From: an uncultured Rubrivivax sp.
Lineage (GTDB): Bacteria > Pseudomonadota > Gammaproteobacteria > Burkholderiales > Burkholderiaceae_C
Reading direction: 5' to 3'
NCBI GenBank assembly: GCA_937967345.1
Contig: CALBTN010000104.1
Span: 1 to 39,764, forward strand
DNA: 39,764 nt
A program made the position numbers and the translations under genes. Under the pieces are notes generated by a model. That model did no database searches. It saw only the letters and a program-made list of their open reading frames with translations, and had not been told where the DNA came from. Below, piece after piece: positions 1 through 8,907 of this stretch; position 1 is the first letter of the stretch; each line of letters begins with the position of its first letter.

Positions 1-207
1 GGCCAGCAGATGGATGTGGTGGTCGTGCAGCCCCGGCAGCACCGCCGCGCCGGCCGCGTCGAACTCGTCGCCGCCTGTCACTGCAGGCAGCCGCTCATCG
101 TGGCCGGCGATGGCCGCGATGCGGCCGTTGGCGATGCGGATCGACGCCAGCGCGCCGCGGCCGAGGTCGGCGCGGTGGATCGTCAGCGTCGGCCTGGCCA
201 CCGTCAT
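1..207 (-). CDS. Amidohydrolase family protein, N-terminal part (runs off the window)
   Basis: Not in the ORF track. Manual translation from ATG at 207 gives MTVARPTLTIHRADLGRGALASIRIANGRIAAIAG...EFDAAGAAVLPGLHDHHIHLLA: the typical N-terminal beta domain plus the PGxxDxHxH metal motif. It starts 7 nt after the upstream stop, with a GAGGG RBS. Confidence 0.88.
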   Translation of the reverse strand, partial: MTVARPTLTIHRADLGRGALASIRIANGRIAAIAGHDERLPAVTGGDEFDAAGAAVLPGLHDHHIHLLA

Positions 208-214
208 CCCGCCC

Positions 215-1651
215 TCACGCGGCCAGCTCGCCGAGCACCGCCGCGGTGTCGGCGCCGAACACGCGGGCACGCCCGCGCGGCTGCGGCGCCAGCGGCCGGC
301 GCTCGGCCAAGCCTGCGGCGCGCACCGTGTCGGTCCAACGCCGGGCGCGTTCGGTCAGGGCCTCGGCTGAGCTCGGCAGCTCGAAGCTCGCGCAGTGCGC
401 CACCACGCGCTGCATCGCGATGTCGACCAGCACGCCGCCGCCACCGAGCCAGGCGCTCCATGCGGCCAGCGCCGCATGCAGGCCAGTCAACGGGTCGGCG
501 ATGGCGTCGCCGCAGAAGGCCCAGGCGTCGCGGTCGGCGCCGCCGTCGCTGGCGCTGCTTGCGGCCAGCAGCGCGCTCAGCCCGCCGGCGACGCCGGCAT
601 CGTCGCCGAACGCCACCCAGTGGGCGGCCGGTTCGTCGCGCCCGTAGCCGCTCAGGGCCACCCAGCTCAGGCCGGGGTTCCCGGCCAGCAGTTGCGCGGC
701 GTCGATGCCGAGCTGGCGCAACGCGCGAGGCCGTGCCGATTCGATGACGATGTCGGCCCGCTGCAGCAAGCGGCGCAGCCGCGCCAAGCCGGCCGGGTTG
801 CCGAAGTCCAGCACCACGCTGGCCTTGCCGGCATGCAATCGGTCGAAGAAGACGTCCGCGCCGGCGCGCGCATCGCTGCGCGCGCCATCGGGCCGCAGGG
901 CACTTTCGACCTTGATCACGCGCGCGCCGAGCTGGTGCAACACCTGCGCGCACAGCGGCCCGGCCCACAGCGACGACAGGTCGACCACCAGCGGCCGCCG
1001 GCCGCCGCGATCGGTCGCCAGCGGCGGCGCGTGGCGCTGCACCCGGCACCAAGGCTCGGATGCGGGTGCGGGCAGCGTGGCGGCAGCCACCGGCAGGCCG
1101 AGCAGCCGCGCACGCTCGACTACCTCGGCGCTGCCATGGCGGCGCAGCCGCTGCGCCAACGTGCCCCAGTCCACCACCGCGCTGTCTACCAGCCAGGCGG
1201 GCAGCAGGCCCCAGTCGTCGCGCCGCGCCAGGTTCACCGCCAGCATGGCGTCGGCGCTGCGCAGCAAGCGGCAGCTGCCGCCACTGGAGGTGGCGCCGTT
1301 GCGCTGCAGGCCGAGCAGCGCCGCGCGTTCGGCGAGCAGCGCCGCGCCATCGGCATAGGCCTCCGGCACGCGCGCGCCCAGCGCCGCCGCCGCGCGCACC
1401 ACACCGTCTGCGCAAGCCGCCAGCGGCGCGGCGAGCATGCGCGGCGGCGCATCGCGCGCGCCGGTCAGCGCCATCAGCCCGCTGCGCGCCCAGACCAGCG
1501 CCGGGTGTTCGTCCGCTGCACCACCGCACGCGCGCGGCGCGGCGCCGAGAGATTCCAGCAGCGCGGCGGCGTAGCGGCTGGCGACACCGTCGCCGTGCAC
1601 GTCGACGGCCCACGCCGCAAGCGGCATCGCAGTGTCGGCGGCCGGCAGCAT
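215..1651 (-). CDS. Family III CoA-transferase (CaiB/BaiF), degenerate N-half fused to an intact C-half
   Basis: The C-half has VVDLSSLWAGPLCAQVLHQLGARVIKVES, ADIVIESARP, SGYG and IADPLTG. The N-half shows a remnant (ASRYAAALLESLGA, WARSGLMALTG). Confidence 0.85.
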   Translation of the reverse strand: MLPAADTAMPLAAWAVDVHGDGVASRYAAALLESLGAAPRACGGAADEHPALVWARSGLMALTGARDAPPRMLAAPLAACADGVVRAAAALGARVPEAYADGAALLAERAALLGLQRNGATSSGGSCRLLRSADAMLAVNLARRDDWGLLPAWLVDSAVVDWGTLAQRLRRHGSAEVVERARLLGLPVAAATLPAPASEPWCRVQRHAPPLATDRGGRRPLVVDLSSLWAGPLCAQVLHQLGARVIKVESALRPDGARSDARAGADVFFDRLHAGKASVVLDFGNPAGLARLRRLLQRADIVIESARPRALRQLGIDAAQLLAGNPGLSWVALSGYGRDEPAAHWVAFGDDAGVAGGLSALLAASSASDGGADRDAWAFCGDAIADPLTGLHAALAAWSAWLGGGGVLVDIAMQRVVAHCASFELPSSAEALTERARRWTDTVRAAGLAERRPLAPQPRGRARVFGADTAAVLGELAA

Positions 1652-1661
1652 CGAGTCGCCC

Positions 1662-3161
1662 TCAACTCGACGCGGCGAACTCGTCCTTCAGCACGCGGCG
1701 CAGGATCTTGCCCATCTCGTTGTGCGGCAGCTCGCTGCGAAAGCGCAACTGCGCCGGCACGCGCGACGAGCGCAGCCGCTGGCGCACCCAGTCCTGCAGT
1801 TCGGCCGCGCCAACCTCGGCGCCCGGCGCCTTGACGATGACCGCGCCCACCGCCTCGCCCCACTGCGCGTCGGGGATCGCCACCGCCGCGGCGTCGGCCA
1901 CCGCCGGGTGCGCGCGCAGCACGTCTTCGATTTCGCCGGGCGAGATGTTCTCGCCGCCGCGCACGATGACGTCGTCGGCGCGCCCGTCGAGGTAGAGAAA
2001 GCCGTAGGCGTCGAGGTAGCCGCGGTCGCGCGTGGCGAACCAGCCGCCGTCGTCGCGCAGGCTGCCCACGCCCAGGTACTCGCCGGCCACCTGACCGCCG
2101 CGCACGAAGACGTCGCCGACTTCACCCTCGGCCACCGGCCGGCCGTCGGCGCCGCGGATCTCGAGCTCGATCGAGCCGATTGGCTTGCCCACCGAATGCA
2201 GCCGCTTGCGGATCGCCGGGTCGGTGGCGCCGAAGCCGGTGCGGTGCTCGTCGGGGTCGAGCAGCGCGATGGTCGAACTGGTCTCGGTCAGGCCGTAGGC
2301 GTTGGTGTAGTCGACGTGCGGCCAGGCCTGCATCGCGCGCTCGATCACCGGCGCGGGCATCTTGCCGCCGCCGTAGGCCAGGGCGCGCAGCGCCGGCAGC
2401 TCGCTGGCCACGCCCTCGTTGTCGATGCACTCGATCACCCGCGACAGCATGGTCGGCACGACGAAGGCGTGGCTGACGCCCTCGCTGCGGCACAGCTCGA
2501 GCCAGGCGCGGCCGTCGAAGTTGGACAGCTGCACCATGCGGCGGCAGGCGTAGGTCGAGCTCAGCACCGCCGAGATGCCGGCGATGTGGTACGGCGGCAC
2601 CGCCACCAGCGTGGCCTCGGCCTCGTCGGCGGCGCCGAACTCCACCGTGCCGAGGATGTAGCTCATCAGGTTCTCGTGGCGCAGCACCGCCGCCTTGGGC
2701 ACGCCGGTGGTGCCGCTGGTGAACAGCTGCACCGCCACCGCGGACGGGTCGGCCTGCACGTCGACCTCGTCACCCTGCTCGGCCTGCGCCATGAACTGCT
2801 CGCGCGACACGGTGTGGATGCCGTCGGGCACCTTGACCCCGGCCAGCAGCTGCGCATCGGCCACCAGGAAGGCCGGTGTGATGCGCGCCAGCAGCGCTTC
2901 GATCTCGGGCGGCGTGAGCCGGTAGTTCAGCGGCACGTAGGGCACGCCGGCATAGGCCGCGGCATACAGCGCGACACAGGCCGCCGGGCTGTTGACGTCG
3001 AGCAGCCCGACATGGGCGGCACCGCTGGCGCGCACATGGCGCGCCGCACGTTTGGCCAGCTGCAGCCAGCGGCCGTAGCTCAGCGACTGTTCGCCGCAGC
3101 GCACGCCGATGCGCTCGGGATGGCACTCGGCGGCCATCTCCAGGGTCATCACGATATTCAT
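1662..3161 (-). CDS. Acyl-CoA ligase / class I adenylate-forming enzyme
   Basis: Motifs FTSGTTGVPK, NAYGLTE, GRADDVIVRGGENISPGEIE and MGKILRR. Confidence 0.95.
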   Translation of the reverse strand: MNIVMTLEMAAECHPERIGVRCGEQSLSYGRWLQLAKRAARHVRASGAAHVGLLDVNSPAACVALYAAAYAGVPYVPLNYRLTPPEIEALLARITPAFLVADAQLLAGVKVPDGIHTVSREQFMAQAEQGDEVDVQADPSAVAVQLFTSGTTGVPKAAVLRHENLMSYILGTVEFGAADEAEATLVAVPPYHIAGISAVLSSTYACRRMVQLSNFDGRAWLELCRSEGVSHAFVVPTMLSRVIECIDNEGVASELPALRALAYGGGKMPAPVIERAMQAWPHVDYTNAYGLTETSSTIALLDPDEHRTGFGATDPAIRKRLHSVGKPIGSIELEIRGADGRPVAEGEVGDVFVRGGQVAGEYLGVGSLRDDGGWFATRDRGYLDAYGFLYLDGRADDVIVRGGENISPGEIEDVLRAHPAVADAAAVAIPDAQWGEAVGAVIVKAPGAEVGAAELQDWVRQRLRSSRVPAQLRFRSELPHNEMGKILRRVLKDEFAASS

Positions 3162-3215
3162 GTCATGGGCTCCAGCGCGCGGCGCGCAACGGATGGCTCA
3201 GCAGGCCATCGAGCT

Positions 3216-3527
3216 TCAATCGGACGACGGCAGCGCCTTGGCCTGCTTGACCTCGAGCGCCTCGCCGTCCAGCGTGAGCGAACCCTTGCCGCCCTTGGTG
3301 CACAGGAACTCGAAGCGCTGCGCCGCGTCGGCGTAGCGCTTGCCGATCAGCGTGCCTTGCGCCTGCGCGGCGTCCAGCGCCACGCCCTCGGGCTTGGCGG
3401 CGGCCAGCGCGACCATCTCGGCGCCGCCGCAACACAGGCGGTGCTCGCCTTCGGCGGCGCGCACCACCATCACTTCGGCGTCGCACACCGCGCTCTTCAG
3501 GCGCGAACCGGCTTTCAGACTGCTCAT
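3216..3527 (-). CDS. Small (103 aa) hypothetical protein with two desulforedoxin-like repeats and an LPSSD C-terminus
   Basis: ATG at 3527 follows a GAGGAG RBS; GC3-rich codons. Sequence MSSLKAGSRLKSAVCDAEVMVVRAAEGEHRLCCGGAEM...GKRYADAAQRFEFLCTKGGKGSLTLDGEALEVKQAKALPSSD. First gene of the ligase operon. Confidence 0.85.
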   Translation of the reverse strand: MSSLKAGSRLKSAVCDAEVMVVRAAEGEHRLCCGGAEMVALAAAKPEGVALDAAQAQGTLIGKRYADAAQRFEFLCTKGGKGSLTLDGEALEVKQAKALPSSD

Positions 3528-3778
3528 TGGGGGCTCCTCGGCTGACCAGGGGAATCGAAGCATCGCGCATCGGCCCGGCCAGCGGCGCTGCGCAAGCGCA
3601 CGCCAGCAGCGATGCACGGGTGCGTGGTTGCCATTCTGTCGGCGCATGGCCCGCACCACAAACGCCCAGCGCGCGTCTGACCCGAATTGCGCTCGGATAG
3701 GCCGCTTCAGAATTGACGCGCGCAGCCGCACGCAAAGCCTTGGCCTATGCTGACCGCAACCCCCCACGGCACCCGTCC

Positions 3779-5014
3779 ATGCACAACCCACCCAACGCAC
3801 CGCTCGCCGGCCTGCGCGTGATCGAAAGCGCGATCCTGGCCCCGGCGTCCATCACCACCTCGCTGGCCGACCTCGGCGCCGAGGTGATCAAGGTCGAGAC
3901 CCCTGCCGGCGACTACATCCGCGAGATGACCTGGCCGATCATCGAAGGCGTGTCGCTCATGCACTATCACCTCAACCGCGGCAAGAAGAGCCTGACGCTG
4001 GACCTGAAGAACGAAGCCGCGCGCGAGGTCTACCGCGAGCTGGTGCGCGCTTCCGACGTGGTGATCGAAGGCTCCAAGCCGGGCGCGCTGGCGCGCTTCG
4101 GGCTGGGCTACGAGCAGCTGCGCGAGATCAACCCGAAGATCGTCTTTTGCACCATCTCCGGCTACGGCACCACGGGGCCGTACAAGGACATGCCCTCGCA
4201 CGGCATCGCCTACGACACCTGGTCGGGCGTGGTCAAGCCGGCGTACGACGAGCAGGGCTTTTGCTACATCGCCGAGCACGTGGCGATCGGCATCTCGGCC
4301 GCGCCGCTGTACGGCGGGCTGGCGGTGCTGGCCGGCGTGATCCGCGCGCGCGCCAGCGGCGTCGGCTGCTTCCTCGACCTGGCGCAAAGCGACGCCTCGG
4401 CCGCCTTCGACTGGTATCGCAGCGAAAGCCACATGGCCTACGCGCGGCCCGAGCACGTGGTCACCGGCAACAAGTCCGACAACTTCGTGCGCCGCCCGGT
4501 GGCCACCGCCGGCATGCGCGAGGGCGTGCGCTACCAGCTGTACGACTCGGCCGACGGCCACGTGCTGTTCATGGCCTCCGAGCAAAGCCTGTGGAAGAAC
4601 TTCTGCCTCGGCGTCGGCCGCGCCGACCTGTTCGAGAAGTGGCCGGGCTCCAAGTACGCCGACCACGCGCGCGGCAACACCGAGTTGCGCGCGATCCTGC
4701 GCGACATCTTCCGCACGCGCAGCACCGCGCAGTGGATAGCTTTCGGCATCGAGTTCAACACCCCGATCGCCCCGGTCAACACCGCCGCCAACCTGACGGA
4801 CGACCCGCAGTTCAAGGCGCGCTTCAAGCTGCTGCCGCACGAGCAGCACGGCGCCGACATGCTCGGCTTTCCGGTGAAGTTCGTCGGCGAGGCCGAGATC
4901 ACGCCGACCAAGGCGCCGACGCCGGGCCAGCACAGCGAGCAGGTGCTGCGCGAGGTGCTGGGTTACGACGCAGCGCGCATCGCCGCGCTGCGCGGCGGCG
5001 GCGCGCTGGGCTGA
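3779..5014 (+). CDS. Family III CoA-transferase (CaiB/BaiF)
   Basis: PLAGLRVIE, LADLGAEVIKVETPAGD, LNRGKKSLTLDL, SGYGTTGPY and C-terminal APTPGQHSEQVL. ATG 3779 preferred over TTG 3713. Confidence 0.93.
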   Translation: MHNPPNAPLAGLRVIESAILAPASITTSLADLGAEVIKVETPAGDYIREMTWPIIEGVSLMHYHLNRGKKSLTLDLKNEAAREVYRELVRASDVVIEGSKPGALARFGLGYEQLREINPKIVFCTISGYGTTGPYKDMPSHGIAYDTWSGVVKPAYDEQGFCYIAEHVAIGISAAPLYGGLAVLAGVIRARASGVGCFLDLAQSDASAAFDWYRSESHMAYARPEHVVTGNKSDNFVRRPVATAGMREGVRYQLYDSADGHVLFMASEQSLWKNFCLGVGRADLFEKWPGSKYADHARGNTELRAILRDIFRTRSTAQWIAFGIEFNTPIAPVNTAANLTDDPQFKARFKLLPHEQHGADMLGFPVKFVGEAEITPTKAPTPGQHSEQVLREVLGYDAARIAALRGGGALG

Positions 5015-5138
5015 AGCGCACCGCCCCGCGCAATGAAACACCTGCGGCCGCATCCGATACCGGGCGCCTGACGCGGCGGCGCGCCACCGGCCCACAATGA
5101 ACCACCCCGACTGGACATAGCCCGAAAGAGACAAGCCC

Positions 5139-6233
5139 ATGAACAGCCCGCTGCATACCCCGCTGTGCGACAAGCTCGGCATCGAGTACCCGATCGTCGC
5201 CTTCACGCACTGCAAGGACGTCGCCGTCGCGGTGATCAACGCCGGCGGCTTCTCGGTGCTGGGCGAGGCGCTGCACACGCCCGAGCAGATCGACTCCGAC
5301 ATCAAGTGGATCAAAGAGCGCGTGGGCGGCAAGCCCTTCGGCATCGACCTGGTGCTGCCGTCGACCGTGCCCGAGGAAAAGAAGCTCGAGGACCTGCTGG
5401 CGATGATCCCGCAGGGCCACCGCGACTTCGAGCAGATGATCAAGCACAAGTACAACGTGCCCGACCCGAAGATCGCGCCCGACATCCACCACTGGGGCGG
5501 CCTGGACCAGAAGCGCGCGATGGACCAGCTCGACGTCATCTTCGACCATCGGGTGCCGGTGTTCGCCTCGGGCCTGGGCTCGCCGGCCTTCCTGCTCGAG
5601 CGCGCGCACCAGCTGGGCATGCAGGTGTGGGGCCTGGTGGGCAAGCCCAAGCAGGCGCGCCGCCAGATCGCCGCCGGCACCGACGTGATCATCGCGCAGG
5701 GCTACGACGCCGCCGGCCACACCGGCAACATCGGCACCTTCTCGATCGTGCCGCAGGTGGTCGACGCCGCGCGCGAGGCCGGCGTGCCGGTGATCGCGGC
5801 CGGCGGCGTGACCACCGGGCGCCATCTGGTGGCCGCGCTGGCGCTGGGCGCGGCCGGCGTGTGGACCGGGTCCCTCTGGCTGACCTCGCGCGAGTCCGAC
5901 GTCAACCAGCCGCTGAAGGAGCGGCTGCTCGAGGCCGAGACCGAAGACACCGTGTACTCCGACTGCATCTCGGGCTACACCATGCGCACCACGCGCAGCC
6001 CCTGGCACGACGAGTGGGCGTCCGAGCAGGCGCCGCCGATCCTGAAGCCGCCGCTGCAGATGCTGCTGTCGTCGAACTACATCCAGGGCTCGCTGGACTA
6101 CCAGCGCAAGGACCTGATGACCGAGGCCGCCGGCCAGGGCATCCACTACGTGCGCGAGATGAAGCCGGCGCGGCAGATCCTGTCCGACATCGTCGAAGAG
6201 GCCCTCGATGTCTTCGACCGCTTCGCCGCCTGA
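5139..6233 (+). CDS. Nitronate monooxygenase / FabK-like FMN TIM-barrel flavoprotein
   Basis: LGIEYPI, IIAQGYDAAGHTG, PVIAAGGV, ALALGAAGVWTGS and AAGQG motifs. Confidence 0.92.
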   Translation: MNSPLHTPLCDKLGIEYPIVAFTHCKDVAVAVINAGGFSVLGEALHTPEQIDSDIKWIKERVGGKPFGIDLVLPSTVPEEKKLEDLLAMIPQGHRDFEQMIKHKYNVPDPKIAPDIHHWGGLDQKRAMDQLDVIFDHRVPVFASGLGSPAFLLERAHQLGMQVWGLVGKPKQARRQIAAGTDVIIAQGYDAAGHTGNIGTFSIVPQVVDAAREAGVPVIAAGGVTTGRHLVAALALGAAGVWTGSLWLTSRESDVNQPLKERLLEAETEDTVYSDCISGYTMRTTRSPWHDEWASEQAPPILKPPLQMLLSSNYIQGSLDYQRKDLMTEAAGQGIHYVREMKPARQILSDIVEEALDVFDRFAA

Positions 6234-6555
6234 ACCTGCCAGCGGCGCGCCCGCAGCGCCGTACCGCAGCGGCTTCAACGCCGCGCTGCGCGGCATGCAG
6301 GTGCAGTGCGAAGGCGGTGGCCCGATCGCCGGCACGCACCTGGCGGGGCGCCAGAATTTCTCTGGCACGCTCAGCGGCGATTACCGCGACTTCGGCTCGT
6401 ACCAGCCGCACGCCTGGCGCTGGTATCTGCTGACCGCGCTGACGCAAAAGCCCGACGGCTATGCACACGAGGCGGTGTGGTGCGAGGCCGAAAGCCTGTC
6501 CGCGGCGGGCAGCGACGATGCCAGTCTGCGCCAACATCTCTACTCCACAGGGTGA
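6208..6555 (+). CDS. Hypothetical protein (~115 aa, aromatic-rich)
   Basis: AGAGG RBS before ATG 6208 and GC3-rich codons. Non-random composition (GTHLAGRQNFSGTLSGDY, WRWYLL, AVWCEAESL). Fills the gap between the flavoprotein gene and etfB. Confidence 0.65.
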   Translation: MSSTASPPEPASGAPAAPYRSGFNAALRGMQVQCEGGGPIAGTHLAGRQNFSGTLSGDYRDFGSYQPHAWRWYLLTALTQKPDGYAHEAVWCEAESLSAAGSDDASLRQHLYSTG

Positions 6556-6560
6556 TCTCC

Positions 6561-7349
6561 ATGCGTATCGTGGTTTGTGTCAAGGAAGTGCTCGATCCGG
6601 CGGCGGTGAACAACTTCGCGCTGGCCGGCGGGCTGAAGATAGCCGCCGACGGCAAGACGCCCGAGGTCGCCGCGATCCCGCGGCTGATCAACGGCTACGA
6701 CGAGCAGGCGATCGAAGCCGCACTGCGGCTGCGCGACGCCGGCATCGACTGCCGCATCACGGTGGTGACGATCGGCGCCGACGCGCAGGCCATGCTCAAG
6801 CAGTGCGCGGCCCTCGGTGCCGACGAGATCGTCGCGCTCGACCCGGGTGCACGCGAGCTCGACTGCGCCGGTGTGGCCAACGTGCTGCACGCCTACATCG
6901 CCGGCAGCGGCGGCGCCGACCTGGTGCTGTGCGGCCGCCAGGCCTCCGACGACGACCAGGGCGTGGTGCCGCTGCTGCTGGCCGAAAAGCTCGGCTTCGC
7001 GGTGACCACGCTGGCGCGCCAGCTGCAATGCGCGGGTTCGGTGCTGAGCGTCACCCGCGCCACGCCCGACGGCGACGAGGTGGTGCGCGCCAACCTGCCG
7101 GCGCTGGTCACGGTCAGCAGCGAGCTCGGCGCGCCGCGTTTCCCGTCGGCCAAGGCCAAGATGGCGGCGCGCAAGATGAACGCGCAGCTGATCGGCATCG
7201 ATACGCTGGGGCTGGACGCCGCGGCGCTCGAGCCGCAGGTGGTGCTCAAGCGCCAGTTCGTGCCGCAGGTGCAAGGCAACTGCGAGTTCTTGAGCGGCAG
7301 CCCGGCGCAGATCGCGCAGGCGCTGATGGAACGCATCCGCCAGGCCTGA
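6561..7349 (+). CDS. etfB: Electron transfer flavoprotein beta subunit
   Basis: MRIVVCVKEV, INGYDEQAIEAAL, ALGAD, LVLCGRQASDDDQG and LPALVTV...PRFPS. Start at ATG 6561. Confidence 0.93.
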   Translation: MRIVVCVKEVLDPAAVNNFALAGGLKIAADGKTPEVAAIPRLINGYDEQAIEAALRLRDAGIDCRITVVTIGADAQAMLKQCAALGADEIVALDPGARELDCAGVANVLHAYIAGSGGADLVLCGRQASDDDQGVVPLLLAEKLGFAVTTLARQLQCAGSVLSVTRATPDGDEVVRANLPALVTVSSELGAPRFPSAKAKMAARKMNAQLIGIDTLGLDAAALEPQVVLKRQFVPQVQGNCEFLSGSPAQIAQALMERIRQA

Positions 7350-7415
7350 GCCTCGCGCGGCCCACAATCGCCGGCCGCTGCGCCGGCGGCGAACCCGATC
7401 CACGGAAAGCAAGAC

Positions 7416-8087
7416 ATGACACAAACCATCGCAGTCATCGGCGGCAGCGGCAACCTGGGCGCGGCGCTGGCGCGGCGCTGGGCCAAGGCCGGACGCAGCG
7501 TGATCATCGGCTCGCGCGACGCGGCCAAGGCCGCCAACGCCGCCGCGCAGCTCGCGGCCGAGCTGAAGGTCGAGGTCGGGGGCGCTGGCAACCTCGAAGC
7601 CGCACAGCGCGCCGACGTGGTGGTGGTGGCGGTGCCCTTTGCCTCGCAGCTGCAGGTGCTGGAAGAAATCCGCCCTGCCCTGGCCGGCAAGGTGGTGATC
7701 GACACCACGGTGCCGCTGCTGCCGCCCAAGGTGATGCGGGTGCAGCTGCCGGCCGAAGGCAGCGCGGCGCAGCGCGCGCAGGCGCTGCTGGGCGCCGAGG
7801 TGCGGCTGGTGTCGGCCTTCCACAACGTGGCGGCGCACAAGCTGGCCACCGACGAAGAGGTGCAGTGCGACGTGCTGGTGTTCGGCGACGACAAGGCCGC
7901 GCGCGCGGTGGCGGTGGAGCTGGCGCAGCAAGCCGGGCTGCGCGGGCTGCACGCCGGCGCGCTGGCCAACTCGGCGGCCGCCGAGGCGCTGACCTCGGTC
8001 CTGATCTTCATGAACAAGACCTACCGCGTCGACGGTGCCGGCATCTGCATCACCGGCCAGCTCGACATGGCGGCGGCCGCCGCCTGA
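7416..8087 (+). CDS. npdG: NADPH-dependent F420 reductase (F420H2:NADP+ oxidoreductase, Fno)
   Basis: IAVIGGSGNLG Rossmann motif, IIGSRD, VAVPF, DTTVPL, VSAFHNVAA and EALTSVLIFMN..Y. Adjacent to cof genes. Confidence 0.93.
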   Translation: MTQTIAVIGGSGNLGAALARRWAKAGRSVIIGSRDAAKAANAAAQLAAELKVEVGGAGNLEAAQRADVVVVAVPFASQLQVLEEIRPALAGKVVIDTTVPLLPPKVMRVQLPAEGSAAQRAQALLGAEVRLVSAFHNVAAHKLATDEEVQCDVLVFGDDKAARAVAVELAQQAGLRGLHAGALANSAAAEALTSVLIFMNKTYRVDGAGICITGQLDMAAAAA

Positions 8088-8112
8088 CCCAGCCGAGTCG
8101 CGGGCCCTGAGC

Positions 8113-8907
8113 ATGGGCGCATCGGTCAGCTTCACGCCGCTACCCGGTCTGCCGGAGGTGCATGCGGGCGACGACCTGGCCACGCTGATCCTGGCTGCGG
8201 CGCAGCGCGCCGGCATCGCCATCGGTGACGACGCCATCGTCGTCGTCGCGCAGAAGATCGTCTCCAAGGCCGAGGGCCGCAGCGTCGCGCTGAACTCGGT
8301 GACGCCGTCGGCACGCGCGGTCGAGCTGGCCGGCATCACCGGCAAGGACGCGCGCGTGATCGAGCTGATCCTGTCGGAGTCCAGCGCGGTGCTGCGCGCG
8401 GTGCCCAACGTGCTGGTGGTGCGCCACCGCCTGGGCTACGTGATGGCCAACGCCGGCATCGACCGCTCCAACGTGCCCGGCGACGAGGGGCGCCATGGTG
8501 GCAACGGCAGCGGCGGCGCCGAGCGGGTGCTGCTGCTGCCGCTGGCACCCGACCGCTCGGCCGAAGACCTGCGCGAGCGGCTGCAGCAGCGCGCGGGCGT
8601 GCGCCCGGGTGTCATCGTCAGCGACAGCTTCGGCCGGCCCTGGCGCAACGGCGTGGTCAACGTCGCGCTGGGCGCGGCCGGCGTGCCGTCGCTGATCGAC
8701 CGCCGCGGCGAGCTCGACCGCCAGGGGCGCAAGCTCGAAGTCACGCAGGTGGCCTTTGCCGACGCGGTGTGCGCCGGCGCGGCGCTGGCCATGGGCGAGG
8801 CCGCCGAAGGCACGCCGGTGGTGGTGGTCGACGGGCTGCGGCCGCGCGCGCCGCTGTGCGATGCCAGCACGCTGGTCCGAGCGCTCGAGCAGGACTTGTT
8901 CCAATGA
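8113..8907 (+). CDS. cofE: Coenzyme F420-0:gamma-glutamyl ligase (stand-alone CofE, no nitroreductase domain)
   Basis: LPEVHAGDDL, QKIVSKAEG, MANAGIDRSN, VSDSFGRPWRNG and MGEAAEGTPV. Start at ATG 8113. Confidence 0.95.
   Translation: MGASVSFTPLPGLPEVHAGDDLATLILAAAQRAGIAIGDDAIVVVAQKIVSKAEGRSVALNSVTPSARAVELAGITGKDARVIELILSESSAVLRAVPNVLVVRHRLGYVMANAGIDRSNVPGDEGRHGGNGSGGAERVLLLPLAPDRSAEDLRERLQQRAGVRPGVIVSDSFGRPWRNGVVNVALGAAGVPSLIDRRGELDRQGRKLEVTQVAFADAVCAGAALAMGEAAEGTPVVVVDGLRPRAPLCDASTLVRALEQDLFQ

Noticed and set aside
204-1613. Arg/Ala/Gly-rich alternative-frame ORFs throughout the window
   Set aside because: Off-frame translations of GC-rich genes with low-complexity composition, fully overlapping real CDSs.
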